IMG/VR virus record: IMGVR_UViG_3300038345_000144
Strand: one strand, 5' to 3'
Length of the DNA stretch: 64,000 bases
From: a virus
Taxonomy: Duplodnaviria > Caudoviricetes
Shown here: positions 61,155 to 64,000 of the stretch, piece by piece
Layout of the letters: each line of letters begins with the position of its first letter
How positions within the stretch are numbered: position 1 is the first letter of the stretch
Notes under the pieces: model-generated
What the model was told of the DNA's origin: nothing
The model's input: the letters and a program-made list of their open reading frames with translations, nothing else
The model's database searches: none
Made by a program: the position numbers and the translations under genes

Positions 61155-62249
61155 TTATTGAGGGCTGATAACATTCATATTATCGGGCTGGCTAATCTTG
61201 ATGATATACATATCAGGTGAGTCAATAGAATATTTTGCATCGCCTCTTGCAGTAATCTTAACACCACCAATAAGGTCAGCATCTTCGTCATAAATATCAC
61301 CACGACCAGTTACATCAGCCTCATTACGGGGCTTGAGGTAAACACCCTTCTTATTAACTTCAACTTTGGAGTCGTCAGCAATCGTAAGGTCAGACTGGTC
61401 AAGTCCATTCTCCGCACCAAGAATAGCAACTACCAAGTAACTGTTTACACCAAAGATAGACTCAATGTGTGCAGACTCGGTATTAACATAGTCCTGAAGT
61501 GACCTCTGGGCTTCCTCGGAGGAAAATCTTACCTTCTTACGGTCCTTGAGTTTCTCTTCAATCATATGTGCTAATTCAGGGCTTGGGATAACTAATTCGT
61601 GGTTAGGGTCACGGTTAGGATAGAGCAATCCCTTTGCCTTATCATTTGCAATTCTGAACTTATCTCCAAATACGGCAGGAACCTTAACGACAGGTACTCT
61701 AACCATAAACTTAACGGAGAAGTCACTGTTTGTAGCCATAAAGTCGAGAGTATCGCCTTCAAGCAGGTCGCTACTAACCATATAGTCCTCGTAGTTGAGT
61801 GGAGCAAGTCCCTCAAGTCCACAAAGAACTCTTGCATCTCTCAATGCCTGATAAGAACCAATGTTCTTGACATTGTTATACTTTCTACTGCAACAAGTAT
61901 AGTTTACCCAAGTTGCAAAGAAGAGGTCATTTGTAGGTGTACCCTGTAATGTTGGGGCATCGTTACCAGAAATCTCCTTCCAAGCATCGAAGAGTGTAAG
62001 GTGATTGATGATGTTATCTCTTTCAGCCTCTCCGATAGTCTCACGGAATATTGCAGAAACCAAGTCAGGTACAAGGTTAGGGTCACTTAACATTGATGTT
62101 AAGGCTTTTCCTGCATTTTCGGGGTGGTTCTGATAACCAGCCAATGCGTTATCATTGTTCTTCTCGCCAGACTCAAGTTTGGTCAAAGAAACCTCAACGC
62201 TAACAGGTTTTCCATTCATAATAACTGTTGTTTTGATTTTGTCAGCCAT
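61155..62249 (-). CDS. Hypothetical protein, distant paralog of 59130-60137
   Basis: 364 aa ORF sharing the motif blocks listed for 59130-60137. Confidence 0.7.
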   Translation of the reverse strand: MADKIKTTVIMNGKPVSVEVSLTKLESGEKNNDNALAGYQNHPENAGKALTSMLSDPNLVPDLVSAIFRETIGEAERDNIINHLTLFDAWKEISGNDAPTLQGTPTNDLFFATWVNYTCCSRKYNNVKNIGSYQALRDARVLCGLEGLAPLNYEDYMVSSDLLEGDTLDFMATNSDFSVKFMVRVPVVKVPAVFGDKFRIANDKAKGLLYPNRDPNHELVIPSPELAHMIEEKLKDRKKVRFSSEEAQRSLQDYVNTESAHIESIFGVNSYLVVAILGAENGLDQSDLTIADDSKVEVNKKGVYLKPRNEADVTGRGDIYDEDADLIGGVKITARGDAKYSIDSPDMYIIKISQPDNMNVISPQ

Positions 62250-62427
62250 AGCCTTTCTCCTTTAATTTGATAAAATCTTTTTTATTTTTCGTCATCGTGT
62301 TCATACGGGCAAAACTGCCAACCACCTGAAATGTTGGTACAGTTACCGTTTTCACAAAAATCACAAAGCCTGCCCTGTTCGGTGCAGTAATTATCTTCTG
62401 CTTTCTCCCAATCCATAAGAACACCTC

Positions 62428-63302
62428 TTAATATTCTTCATCGAAATCACCAAAGTCGCTCTCGTCATCATAATAAGTGCATATTTGCCCCTCTGGTTGA
62501 GTACACTTGCCGTCTACAATGTATGGGCAAAAGGTACTACGATAGGCACAATACTCCATTTATTACTTCGCTCCTGTCTTAATTCCTAATGAATTATATA
62601 AGGCTTCTCTACCCTTCTTCTCTTCGGGGGTAAGCAATCCTTTTTCTACTCTATCTTGATAATCGGTCAACTCGACATCTTTCTCAAAAGCCTGAACATC
62701 GAGTTCGTCCTCGGTCATTTCTTCGGGTTTCTTTGTAAGTTTGATAATCATAATAACATTTCCTTTCTATTGTTGGTTCGTTAAAACTCGCTGTAAATCG
62801 CCTTTAGTATGTCACTGGCGGTTGTTTTATAGGTTTTCGCATCGGCACTGTATATATCTGTACCCATCGACCACTCCGCAGTTTTACTAAACAGATTTCC
62901 TTTTTCATTTACTTTATTAAATATAAATAGTCCTTCGTGGTGCATATAGTAAATACGCTCACGGAATGTCTTTGGTAGAAATAGTTTCTCTGTGGCGATT
63001 TGCTTGATATGAGCAGTTAACTCACTTTTTGAACAAATCATATGGTCAGCGTGGAACCCTTCAATATTGATAATATGATAGGAACGCTTCTTATCACTCT
63101 CTTCACCTATCAAATAAACGTGAATTTGAGTAGAAACTATAACTAAAAAACGAGGGTCTTTGAACGCATCAATAAACGGATATTCAGGGTGGGCATAAGG
63201 CTTCCATACCCTATTCTCGTCTATAATATGACTCGCTCTAAAGAACCTCTCGGTTTCAGGGTTGAGATATAATACGGCTTCAACTACATCTTTTGTAGTC
63301 AT
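62428..63302 (-). CDS. Small hypothetical proteins (62428-62559 read by hand, 62563-62751, 62781-63302)
   Basis: Consecutive ORFs; 62563-62751 resembles 60144-60347. Confidence 0.6.
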
Positions 63303-63316
63303 AGTCTATATCTCCT

Positions 63317-63742
63317 TTATTCTTCTTCTTGTTGGTCTAATAACTCCAACGCATACATCATTCTCTTAAACAAGATTTCATCAATGCAGTAGATGTTTGG
63401 CTCATTAGGTCCAAAGTTAAACACAACTGCCGAATAGTCCTTGTTCATAAAGTTGCTTTCTTGCTTGTTCTTATCAAACCATTCCTTTTGCATTGTAAAG
63501 GACTGTTGCTTCTTGGTGCAGGTCTTACACTCCATAAGCCATTTTTGAGTAAGAACATCGCCTTTAACATTAGGGGTAGCCCCACTGTTGGGGGTTTTAC
63601 GCCCACCAACAGCACTTGCTACCGCCTTTTCTTGTTTACTTGAATAATATCGAGTAGGTTTATTAGCCTCTACCTTATCTAAAGGTTTCTTATAAGTAGA
63701 TTTAGTTTCTAATCTACTTAAAGGCTTCTTATAATTAGCCAT
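63317..63742 (-). CDS. Holliday junction resolvase-like PD-(D/E)XK nuclease (Hjc-type)
   Basis: QEKAVA...SGA...GDV...LMECK. Confidence 0.75.
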   Translation of the reverse strand: MANYKKPLSRLETKSTYKKPLDKVEANKPTRYYSSKQEKAVASAVGGRKTPNSGATPNVKGDVLTQKWLMECKTCTKKQQSFTMQKEWFDKNKQESNFMNKDYSAVVFNFGPNEPNIYCIDEILFKRMMYALELLDQQEEE

Positions 63743-63744
63743 TA

Positions 63745-64000
63745 TTAAGCCTCATTTTCGTCATCTTCTGTAACTTCAGTAGTTAAGTCTTCACCCTTCT
63801 CGTCATTCTCGTTATATTCATCAACATCACGGTCAAGACCACCAGAAATCTTGATAATCTTTGCCATATCCTGCTCGGAAAGGAGAGAAATATCCATTGA
63901 AGTCTTGCCTATATACTCATTGACCGCTTTGGTGTATTCCTCAACAAAGTCAGGGTTATCCTGAAAATACTTCAAGAGTTTAGGCTTACCTACAAACTTA
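63745..64000 (-). CDS. C-terminal fragment of a gene running off the window, possibly RecA-like
   Basis: Open to the window edge; KFVGKPKLLKYFQDNPD plus acidic tail resembles a RecA C-terminus; adjacent to the resolvase. Confidence 0.35.
   Translation of the reverse strand, partial: KFVGKPKLLKYFQDNPDFVEEYTKAVNEYIGKTSMDISLLSEQDMAKIIKISGGLDRDVDEYNENDEKGEDLTTEVTEDDENEA

Noticed and set aside
5292-63643. Numerous + strand ORFs after 5.2 kb and - strand ORFs before 5.2 kb
   Set aside because: They are antisense shadows of well-supported genes and lack RBSs and motifs.
1-64000. Alternative genetic code, tRNA/rRNA genes, introns or inteins
   Set aside because: Conserved genes are intact and densely packed in the standard code. 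No cloverleaf, rRNA, intein termini or interrupted core genes were recognised by eye, other than the beta' split.

Overview
A gene-dense, AT-rich segment that looks like part of a large (jumbo-type) phage or phage-like element of a Firmicutes/Clostridia host. Host and element type are inferred from GGAGG ribosome-binding sites, sigma-A-type promoters, Gram-positive-style lipoproteins and gene content. No virion genes are recognisable in this window. Bases 1-5162 carry small + strand accessory ORFs that converge on a bidirectional terminator, and everything else is on the - strand. Recognisable genes include a replication block (initiator, DnaC-like loader, DnaB, primase, ThyA, Hjc-like resolvase), a compact multisubunit RNA polymerase (beta plus a beta' split in two), a type IIA topoisomerase pair, a CCA-adding enzyme, an SF2 helicase followed by three tandem-repeat proteins, a PolA-superfamily-like protein and many lipoproteins. 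The main unexplained structure is three cas-less, CRISPR-like arrays (22.6 kb, 29.6-30.0 kb, 50.9-51.1 kb; about 15 repeats). Their repeats are strongly divergent in sequence but keep a type I-E-like hairpin and handle, mostly with 32-35 nt spacers. All sit on the transcribed strand between a promoter or stop codon and a terminator or promoter.
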